64,000 bases of DNA from the human T2T-CHM13v2.0 reference genome, Homo sapiens, in assembly GCF_009914755.1 (NCBI RefSeq), contig NC_060948.1; one strand, given 5' to 3'. Below are positions 41,034 to 64,000 of the stretch, one piece after another. The stretch's first letter is position 1. Every line of letters starts with the position of its first letter. The notes under the pieces are model-generated. The model did no database searches, had not been told where the DNA came from, and saw nothing but the letters and a program-made list of their open reading frames with translations. The position numbers and the translations under genes are program-made.

Positions 41034-41370
41034 TGTGTGTGCGTGCATGTGTGTGTGCGTGTGTGTGTTAGAGAGAGAGATAGAGTCTCACTCTGTCGCC
41101 CAGGCTGGAGTGCAGTGGTGCAATCTCACCTCACTGCAACCTCTGCTGCCTGAGTTCATGCCATTCTCCTGACTCAGCCTCCTGAGTAAATGGGACTACA
41201 GGCACCTGCCACTACGCCTGGCCAATTTTTTTTGTAATTTTTTGTATTTTTAGTAGAGACAGAGTTTCACCCTGTTAGCCAGGATGATCTTGATCTCCTG
41301 ACCTCGTGATGCACCCTCCTCGGCCTCCCAAAGTGCTGGGATTACAGGTGTGAACCACCACTTCCAGCCC
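41034..41370 (-). mobile_element. Alu (Y/Sc-like) with a (TG)n/(AG)n microsatellite in place of the tail
   Basis: GTTAGCCAGGATG and CCATTCTCCTG diagnostics; TG repeat at 41034-41068. Confidence 0.9.
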
Positions 41371-42184
41371 AAGCAGCCCTTTTTGATTCAGGTTACATAC
41401 AGTTGATTAAGTGTGACCTTACTAAGTAGAAGTCAGTGGTGGTGTCATCAGCAGAAACATCATTGTAGGCTTGCTTACAATCAGTAGGCTCATTTGTCGA
41501 ATGAGAGGGCTAGAGTTACTGTCTGGCTGCCATCTTTTGAAACATGAGTTTTGATTCCAACTTGTTGATGGATGAAAAAGCCTTTATCAATTCTTCTGAA
41601 CATAAGTGTTCAGGGAATATAGGTTTAGGATGAAGAACCCTTCTCCTGGGAGAGAATGGGTCATTAGTAATCAAGGTCTAGGTATGAAGCAAAGGTCAGC
41701 AGCATAAAGCTGAGGGTCTCAGCAAAGGGTGCAACATTTTTAAGAGTAGACTGTTTACACCTAGAGAGAATTGTGTGCTTGGCCAAATTACCTCATCATG
41801 ACTGTGTGGTTTTTCCATGCTTATTCAAACAATTGCTTTTAACCAAAACCAGACTACATGAGTCTAAACAGTTTACATTATGTATAACAAATACCTCCTT
41901 AGGATGCACCCACATGCTATAAGATTGAAGTACTTTATGAAAGCAAAAAACATTGTCAGTGAGATGGACATATGGGTTGCTACAAAACACCAAGTTCTCA
42001 CATTTGGTGGGAGGTGGCAAGGAGGCCAAAGTGAAAAAATAAACAGTTAGTGACTTGAAGCAATCTGGAAAAAAACAAACATGAACATATTAAGGCAGAG
42101 GTTCTTAATTGGGTTGCAGGTTGAAGCGTGGTTGAAACGACATAGTATTTGTCCTGTGGCTTTAATTTATTTTAGCCACTTTTC

Positions 42185-42621
42185 TGGATTAATAGTGTAC
42201 CCCTAAATCCATACATTGATGTCCTTACCCCTAGTACCTCAGAAAGTGGCCTTAATTGGACATACGGTCATTGAAAATGTGATTAGTTAAGATGAGTCAT
42301 TCTGTAGGAGGGTGGGCCCCTAATCCAATATGACAGGTGTCCTTATAGAAAGAGGAAATTTTAACACAGACATCCAGAGAAGTGAGGACATGGATGTGAA
42401 GGTTGGAATGCTGCCACAAGGCAAAGAACTAGCAGAAGCTCAAAGAAAATCATGCAGCAGATCTTCCCCTAGGGCCTTTCAGAGAGAGCATGGTCTTGTG
42501 ATACTTTTGTATCGTAATTCAGAGAAATTTATTGTCTCCAGAACTGAGAGACAATAAGTTTTTGCTGTTTCAGCCCCCTGGATTGTGGTACTTTGTCATG
42601 GCAGCCATAGGAAACTGAAAC
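42185..42621 (+). mobile_element. MLT1 (MaLR) solo LTR
   Basis: GTGATTAGTTAAGATGAG, CCCTAATCCAATATGAC.GGTGTCCTTATA, CCAGAACTG.GAGACAATAA, GGCAGCC.TAGGAAACT. Confidence 0.8.
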
Positions 42622-44534
42622 TGAAGTTTAAATTATACTAAAAATAGCATTTGACAGTATTGGATTTTCATTTTCTCCAGTGGGGTTTTGATATGTGAAT
42701 CTAATTTAGTGTAACCCTGTATTAAACAACTGTATGCATTCTATGCTTTACATGGATATTATGCCTTTGCAAATACTTGAAACAACCGTATGTTGTAGAA
42801 ATTAATTAGGCTGCTCTTATTTATAAGAAACTGGAAACCATTTTATTTATCGTTGCATCAAAACTTACTGCAAAATTTTAGAATTCTGACTTCTCCATGG
42901 CTAATCCCATGATTAATTGGGATTAATCAACCTCTAGGTGGACTCCAGATCTCTCTGAGACCTTCTTCTACGTTATTGAAAGTCACTCCTTGTGTTCAAA
43001 ACATTCACATCAATGAACTTGGCATCTTGACAGTTAGACTACAGCCTTGACCTTAGATGGTCTTCTTCATAGACATCTCTGTGATTATCTTGTAAAGACT
43101 TTATTCTACTCATTTGAGAAAAGAAGATATTAATTTTTCTGAGAGCTTACCACCATGATGGATGAGTAGGAGCCTGGCATGTGAAATAAAACCTTTGACT
43201 TTAAGTAAGGTGTACTTACTATTGAAATATTATTTTGTTTGAACCAGTAATATTCTGTACATTTTTAGACTTCCTGAGCCCTAATTGACTCATCTACAAA
43301 GGGTGACTGCTGAATTTGAATTGCTATTAACTTGCAATTCTCAGGATATAGAATTTTCCTCTGACTCTTGTCTTGCCACTATTGCAGATGGCTTTCATAT
43401 GTTATTCAAATACATGACCACTAAGTTGATGATCCCAGAGAGCTTCAGGTATGTTAATTTTGAGGTTTAGTGCCATTTTTGAACACTTAGATTTCTCCTC
43501 CAACCTCATTCTTTACTTTCGTTTCTCCCCATACATTAGTGGGAATTCTAAATTCCCCACTACATGGTCATTTCCATGATGTGGTTTGTGTCATCAACTT
43601 GGTCCTGCCCTTGAGTATTATGGAATTTAGCAATGTATGTGTGATCTTCCTTCTTCACACTCAGGCAGGATGGTCCCTGTGTTGTGTTTTTCTCTTCTGG
43701 TTTTGATATTTTCCTTTGGCATGGTAAATGTGTTGGAGAGAGTTGATAGAGGAATTAGTTAATTAGAGAATAATATACCAGCAGGCAGAAAATCTGAAAG
43801 TTGATCACATGCACCTCCTTACACCTTTACTCTTGAATGGCTTTGAGAGATTTCACTAGGAATTCAGAATGGAAAAGTCAGTGTGGCCAGGTAGCATGTT
43901 ACAGGGACACTGTAGCCTCTTTCTCTTGGAAAGTTCTTAGTATTGAGACAATGACTTGTCATTAATGAGTTACATTTGTCTGGTTTTCAGCAAGAAGATG
44001 GATTGAATGGCCCTCAAAGACCTTCTCTGAGTTGTAATAATACGGTATCATCTGAGTCAGAATGCTACCGTTTACAAACATTTTGAGTGGGTATTTGGAA
44101 TCACGTGTTGGGTCCCTTTTCTTATCCTGGTTTTGTTTAGAGAGCAGTCTTTGTGAGATTCAAATAGATCTTACACCTTGCCAGAGACTGAAATGCCCAT
44201 TGATGAAAATACTTTGCACAGAAGGACTGCTGCTGAGGTGGAAGTTCTCAGAGAGCTCTGGAATCCTATTTGGCTCATGTGATTAACTGTAAAGTCAGAA
44301 TTTCAAAAGCCCTCAATAAATATATAACACAAACAATGGTTTTCAATCATTTGTGCATAAGAGCAGCCATTAGGTACTACCTTTCCTAAGGTGAGTAAGG
44401 TTAAATCCTGAAGTAGCTAAGAAACGTTGCAAGTCATGGTTTTAACTGTCTGTGCAACTTCAGTTTCTGCTAAGATTTTTCTTGATGAATTTTCAGTTAT
44501 ATTTATTTATAAAAAATCCTATATTAAGAATCCA

Positions 44535-44844
<310 letters not shown>

Positions 44845-45204
44845 AAGAATCCAACAGCTACAACAGTTAAGGAAATAAAAGAACTAAGACTACAAAACTC
44901 TTCTAGTCATTACGTATCACCTAAAGTACACTATAGCCAGTTGTAAATTTCCATCATGTCATAGTCTTTGCAGATAACCATGGTGAAGAATGTCCCTGGA
45001 GGTGAAGGTGGCAAGTAAGCTGTAATCTCACCACTGCACTCCAGCCTCGGCGACAGAGTGAGACCCTGTCTAAAAAAATATTAATAATAATAGTAATGTC
45101 ATTCAGAGTCATGTAAAATTGTTTTCTTTCTGTGTTGGTCTTGCATTTTTTTCTTCTTTGAAGATGATTTTCTTTGTTTTTTTTTTTTTCAGACTTTTTG
45201 TCTT

Positions 45205-45316
45205 TATTAGTGGTTGACAGGGGCTGGGGAGGGAGGAATGAAAAATGATTGCTAATAGATATAGGGTTTCTTTTAGGGGTGACAAAATGTTATAAAGTTA
45301 GATAGTGGTGATTATT
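45205..45316 (+). mobile_element. Old L1M (L1MB-like) 3' end, left part; continues at 51377-51459
   Basis: GGGTTTCTTTT.GGGGTGA.AAAATGTT...GATAGTGGTGAT joins TTGCACA..TTGTGAATATA...TATGTGAATTATATCTCAAT across the L1PA2 insertion. Confidence 0.75.
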
Positions 45317-51361
<6,045 letters not shown>

Positions 51362-51458
51362 ATAGTGGTGATTATTGCACACCTTGTGAATATATTATAA
51401 ACCGCTGATGTACATATCTTAAAAGAGCATATTTTATGGTATGTGAATTATATCTCAA

Positions 51459-57596
<6,138 letters not shown>

Positions 57597-57855
57597 ACCT
57601 TTGATGATGATTTTCATTCTTCACAAGAACTTTGAAACGGAGTTGACATTTTTTTTAAAGACATTTCTGTTGTATCTTTCAACTCTCTGGCAGTCAGCTT
57701 AGCACTAAAGTTCTTTTTAAAACTACAGGTGAAAAATAACTGCTGGTTACATTGAAACAATATATTCTTCTTGGATGAATATCTTTGAAAAATACAATTA
57801 TTTTATTTTCAGGAAAAGTACATCAATCTGGACTGAAGTTATAATGCACCTTAAG

Positions 57856-58068
57856 GGTTCTAGGACCTGCCCTTCCCACCCCGCAGATACCAAAATCTGA
57901 AGATTCTCAAGTTGTTGATATAAAATGGTGTGGCATTTTCACATAACCTGCAAATACCCTCTTATATATTTTAAATTATTTATACATTACTTACATCTAA
58001 TACAATGCAAATGCTATGTAAACAGCTATTACACTATTATTTAGGGAATGATGATAAGAAAAGTCTGG
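57856..58068 (+). mobile_element. MER2 (Tigger family) fragment
   Basis: GATACCAAAATC...TGATATAAAATGG...TAATACAATG.AAATGCTATGTAAA...TTAGGGAAT. Confidence 0.75.
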
Positions 58069-58789
58069 CATTTGCTGTTCTATGAATTTTCTTTTGGTGG
58101 CTTTATGCACTGTATAAAAATATAATTAGTATTATTATTTCTTAAATAATGTGTATTTGATCCAAAATACAAGCTTTTTTCAGTTTTTGATGTTATCATG
58201 CCAATCTTCTGGATATTTACTTCATGGGAAACAAAATAAGCTTCCTAAAATGTCCACCCAGAGAACCTGAAACATTTCACCAGCTCAATCTATTTATGTC
58301 ATTCTTTCCAGCTCTTCAGGACCTAAACACTAACGTGTAAATTCCTTTTATGTCTCTCTATTGCTTTCACTTATGTCTTTGATCAGTGCCATTTGTGAAA
58401 ACAATTTGCTCTGTGACAGGCACACTGCCACTTGCCAGAGAACCAATGGCAAGCACATGTTAGGGTAGGCACTGCTTCCAAAGCTTTTGCAGGCTGGGCG
58501 ACAGTTGATCATTACTATTAAAACAACACACACAATTTGCACTTGTCCACTGTGTGACAGAGTGCCTGGGAGATGTGCAAGATGCTATAAGAGCAAGCAA
58601 CAGAGGTATCTGTGGTAGTCAGGGTGATGGGATCTGGGAAGGCTTCTTGGACAAAGTGGCATTTTCTTTGAAGAAAGGACTCTACAGGAAGGCTGGTTGT
58701 CTAGAGACAAGTGTATTTCTATATGGTCAAAATTTTTTTTCCTATAGAATTCCATTAAATGAGAAATATTTATACAACACAGAGAGACA

Positions 58790-58955
58790 TTTTTTTCTTT
58801 TCTTTTCTGAGACAAAATTTCGCTGTTGTCGCCCCAGCCGGAGTGCAGTAGTGTGATGTTGGCTCACTGAAACCTCCACTTCCCAGGTTCAAGCGATTCT
58901 CCTGCCTCACCCTTCCAAAGTACTGGGATGACAGCATGAGTCACCATGCCCAGCC
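58790..58955 (-). mobile_element. Alu, internally deleted/recombined monomer
   Basis: Right-arm 3' end joined to the left-arm 5' end. Confidence 0.8.
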
Positions 58956-59067
58956 AAGACATTTTTCCTCGGTTAATGAAAAGACTTTTTACTGAGGATA
59001 TTCCGTAACATTTGAAAGAAATCTTATGTACAACAGATATATGAAGAAAGACTTCCCCGTGAACCTT

Positions 59068-59330
59068 TTAAATAGACTTTTTATTTTTTAGAGCAATTTT
59101 AGGTTCACAGCAATTGAGCAGAAAGTACAGAGAATATCCACATACTCTGCACCCACCATGCACAGCTTCTCCCATTACCAACATCCCCCACCAGAGTGGG
59201 ATATTTGTGACAATGGATGAACCTACATTGACACATCATCATCATCAGGGTCTGTAGTTTACATACACTTCACTCTTGGTGTTGTATGGTCTATGGGTTT
59301 GGACAAATATATAATGACTTGTATCCATAG
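59068..59330 (-). mobile_element. Old L1MC-like 3' end fragment
   Basis: TTTTAGAGCA.TTTTAGGTTCACAGCAA..TTGAGC.GAAAGTACAGAGA; GATGAACCTACATTGACACATCAT. Confidence 0.75.
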
Positions 59331-60204
59331 TTCCATATATCCCTAGTTCCATGTATTGCTTTAAAATAACTTAAACCAAGCGTGGACACAAAATTGTCCA
59401 TTCAGGGTCACAGGCAATTACTTGTAGTGTCAAAGCATTGATTGGTATCTGAAGAAGGACTTCCCCTGGGGCAGAGTGTTGAAATGTATTGGATTCTTAC
59501 ATTTTTTGATTGCTTTTCTGCTCAAAGAGCACCACATGTAAGTAATGTAGGTGTATTGTGGTGGAATAATGTCATGCACACCTGGACTAAACAAAGTGGC
59601 CAGCATTTATTGGGGGCTTACTGGCATCCCTGATGCTAGTGAGCAGGGTTCTTAGAAGTTCTTAGTGGAGATAAATAGTATAACACCTGATGATTGATAC
59701 AGGTAAAAGCACAGAATGGCTTCAAAACCTTGGCATGGAGGCAATTATTTTAAGAAAAACAGGAAACTCAAAATCCAAAAAGGAACTAGGGATGCATTTT
59801 GAGGGAAAATATATAAGTGCATGCATAGCTATGTGCGTCTGTGTGTGTGTGCATATAAAATCTCCTTGTGGAAAAACATCATGAATAAATGCAAAAGATG
59901 AATGAAGTGCTGGAGAATTTTTGCAATAGACAAATGATCATTTAACTTAAGTGGTACTAATACTTGCTAAAGTTGATTTTAACATATTGAACAATCCACA
60001 ATAGATATGGTAAAAGAGACAGACTATAGATGGTAAAGGAAAACAAATGCCCAGTCAGATAAAATTAAAGCAAAATGCTAATATGATTGCCCACTCATCA
60101 TGTTGGCAAATGTTGAAACATTGCTATCACCCAAGGAAAAAACAGGATGGAAAGGCCTTCCCTTTTTTATTGCAAATTTTAATTGTATTTTAGTATTTGC
60201 TTAA

Positions 60205-60600
<396 letters not shown>

Positions 60601-61364
60601 TAGGGTATTATCCATTGTGAGTTGGGAGACATTAAGTCAAGGATTACTCCACAATGGCTAAAGACAATGCTAATGGCAAATGATAACATAATCAGATGGT
60701 TTCTGCTAGCTTTGCCCACTATTCCAGCCTAGCATAACCTGAATTAAAAGATCTCAGCCAGAGAAAAAACATGAACAAAATCTTAGTTATGTGGAATGCA
60801 GAAATTCTAATGTTCAAGATAAAGAATCATAGTCCAAAAATTTGTTACGTCACTTCAGTAATAACTAAGGATTTAAAAAATCGTGTGCTAAACATTTTGA
60901 TAAGTACTTTACATGGATTATCTTTTTAATCATTCCAAGCAGCCTATGACATGCTGTCTTCACTAATTTTAAAAAATCATTCTAATCATAATAATCATTT
61001 ATGCTTGCTTGCCATTGCCCCAAATATTTCTTTGTAATGACGGAGTTTTTCATTTTTTTGATTAGTAGAATATTTTACTTGAATGAAAATATCTTGGTCA
61101 AGGCAATGCACTGATATTAATTCCCAATTTAAAATATTGGTTTCCTTCTGATTTTGATGGGTGTGTATAGGTCAATAGTATGTGGAGCACTGAATTCCAG
61201 GAAAGAAGAAAAATCCGTGTGGGGCAGGGCAGGGGGGTTTACATTTTGAAGGGGAGGTTGGGCAGCTGAAGACAATCTCTGCTGCATCCTTTGTGCTTTT
61301 GTTGTTGAAATTTGGCCATTCAACCTACACAGTAGAAGGGAACGAAAGAAAGCTAATCAAGGTG

Positions 61365-61732
61365 TTTATTAGTCTGTTCTCACACTACTGATAAAGACAT
61401 ACCTGAAACTGGGTAATTTATAAAGAAAAAGAGGTTTCATGGACTCACAGTTCCGCATGGCTAAGGAGGCCTCACAATCATGGTGGAAGGTGAAAGAGGA
61501 GCAAAGGCATGTCTTACATGGTGGCAGGCAAGAGAGTGTGTGTGGGGGGGAAACTGCCCTTTATAAAACTATCAGATCTCATGAGATTTATTCAGTATCA
61601 CAAGAATAGCATGGGAAAAACCCACCCCCAGGATTCAGTTATCTCCCACAGGGTCCTTCCCACATCACATGGCAATTGTGGGAACTACAGTTCAAGATGA
61701 GATTTGGGTGGGGACACAGCCAAACCATAACA
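61365..61732 (-). mobile_element. THE1 (C/D-like) solo LTR
   Basis: TATTAGTC...GATAAAGACATACC...GGGACACAGCCAAACCATA; 5-bp TSD AGGTG (61360-61364 / 61733-61737). Confidence 0.9.
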
Positions 61733-64000
61733 AGGTGTGTCCTGCACAGGGCTTCTCAGGACTCTAATTCTCTAATTTTGTTTTAATTAACTCTTTAATA
61801 TTTGCGAAATTAAAAAAAAAAATATTTCCAGAGATAACATCTTCTGTAATGAAAATCCTGCAATCTACTTTCTGTCCTTTTACCTGATCTCCCCTCCTAT
61901 TCATTACTCCATCCCATCCATCTGAACTGCTGCTTCCTCAACATACATTATTTAGGACTGTTGGACCAATCTTCGTCTCTCCTTTCAAGGTTATAAATCT
62001 GGAAATTCCTTCAAAATTGAGTGTGCATCTTGCTCCTTTCTTCACCTGTGGCTTTACCTGTTGGGTTATTTACCACTGAGGTTAATCACTGGCTTTGTCA
62101 CTCTGCATATTTTACTTGATTTCCCTAACTACAGGTTTCTTAATTGTAAAATGAATAAATGAAACCTATGTCATTTTGTGGGATGATTACATAGGGTGAG
62201 TATGTAAAATATCAAGGCACATATCTGCCACATAGATTTGGTCACTATAATAATAATAATAATTATAGTCAAGGTATATTGCTGCATTAGTGATATTTTT
62301 GTCAACCTATTGACAACGGTTGCCATGCCTACTTTTGGAACCCCAGGCAACAGTTGCCATGTCTACTTTGGGAACTTCAGTCACCCTTCCATGCCCTCAG
62401 AAATGTGCCTTCTGTATGAAGACCAAATGCTGCACTCCCTTGCTAATGTGATACAGACAGGTAAAGAGGAAAAATAGAGTCTTGTCCCCAGGAAACAGCC
62501 TAGTTGATCAATGAAGACACAGACAAAAATAAAGTATATCATTCAGCAGGAAAGGGTGTGATAAGACCCCAAAGAGGAAGACAGTAAGTGCAGAGATAGC
62601 TGAGGGTCCCCTGATCTCATCCAGAGATAAGATCCTGCTCTTCTGCCTAGGAAGAGAAACATCTGGAAGGGAAGGAGGTCTCATTTGTGCCCATGTCAAG
62701 GATTCTAGACCAAGGAGCAGGACCCCGCTGACCTGACTCAAGAAGACTCAAAGCCTTCAAACCAAGATGGTGCTGAAAAAGACCTTCAGGAACTGGCTTT
62801 GACCTAGTTCCAAGGTCTGAGGCTGTCCACTTCAGCCCTGAGTCTCTTTAGAATGTGCCTCATTGCTTCCCATTACTGGATGGAGAGGAGCTTGGAACCC
62901 TCAAGTTGAGTCCAGGATGTGCTCAGACAGGTGTGGTCCTTGGAAGTCCCGGCAGGAGCTAACACTGCACAGGGGAAGCAGGGGAAGTTTTAACTATGAA
63001 ACCCCTCTAGCATATAGCCCTAATATTTGTTTCTTCTCAGCCTTAACTCCCAATAATTCCTTCACATACCTAGGGTTTTAGCCAATCATATGAACCTACA
63101 CACTGGGCAGCAAGCTGAGAGTGGCCATCATGTAGGAAATTCTGCAGAGCTGCTCTGCCCCAGCCCCCAGCATCCACATGCTGTGCTGCTCAATGCCTAG
63201 CCCTTTCTTTTTGCAGTTGTCACCCTGTTTATGACCATGCCCCTCTGTGAACTTTTAGCTTGTTACCAAGCCAATGGCTCCCTTTATAAAACCTCAATTT
63301 TATAAAAGGGAATATTATGCCCTATTAAATATGTTCTCTTAACACTTCATTTTCCAGTGATTAAAACGTGCCTACCATTTGTCCAGCGCTAGCCTCTGCC
63401 CAATTGAATTACTTCTCTCATGTAATCCCTGCCAAAAATTGTAGTGAAATCCACCCCAGGCTGTTTGTAATGCGTCTCCAGCTTCAGTCCTTGCTTGTTT
63501 CGATGAGGGGCATGGACGTGGGGGAAAAGATGAGGGCCCAGGTGTGGACGTACACAACTCAGTAGGTGGTGTGTAGGTTCTTAGGAGACTGGCTAAAATC
63601 CTGAGAATGTGTAGGAATTATTGGGAGTTAAGGCTGAGAAGGAGTAAAAAGTAGGGCTATATGGTCGAGGGGTTTCATACTTAAAGCATTCATATGGGGC
63701 TGAGATCTTTTAAGCCAGTAATCTTCACATTGAAGAAGAAGATTGCCAATTCTATAGAGTTGAGATTTATTTAGTGGTTTGGGGGATCCTATAATTAAAC
63801 CATTATTGGGAAGGGACATATTCAGATATATTATTGGCAGTGGATGGGCACAATGTGGTATATTCATATAGCTGAATCTGACGGTCAAAAAAGATGAAGT
63901 ACTAATATATACTGCAATGTACATGAAGCAAGATTGCTGTAGCATTTAGCATCAAGAAGGCAACACATATTGTATAATTTCGTTTATATAAAATGCCCAG

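Noticed and set aside
44332-44345. AACAATGGTT as the start of exon 2 (NNG...)
   Set aside because: There is no AG acceptor, and the following sequence does not encode SLVWCQNHK.

Overview
Human genomic DNA, repeat-dominated, with no prokaryote-type features. The only gene-like feature is a CpG-island promoter and coding exon 1 (26429-26635, +) of an anosmin-1 homolog. Its 69 codons differ from ANOS1/KAL1 as I recall it at 8 residues, which points to the Y-linked pseudogene ANOS2P (KALP); the rest of the window to the right is its intron 1, and exon 2 was not seen. Four primate L1PA elements are present (one partial +, three full-length -; L1PA2 to L1PA4-like), all with disrupted ORFs. Other repeats include an inverted L1PB, more than 25 Alu elements or fragments (one a near-consensus AluYb8), MER20, MER1B, MER45A, MER2, MLT1 and THE1. 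I see no clear new biological system. The best leads are: an intact L1 ORF0 in sense orientation in intron 1 with a new phase-0 splice donor; patchwork sharing of variants among the four L1s; a strong out-of-frame upstream ATG; and two long inverted duplications. Repeat boundaries are approximate unless a TSD is given, and comparisons to consensus sequences are from memory.
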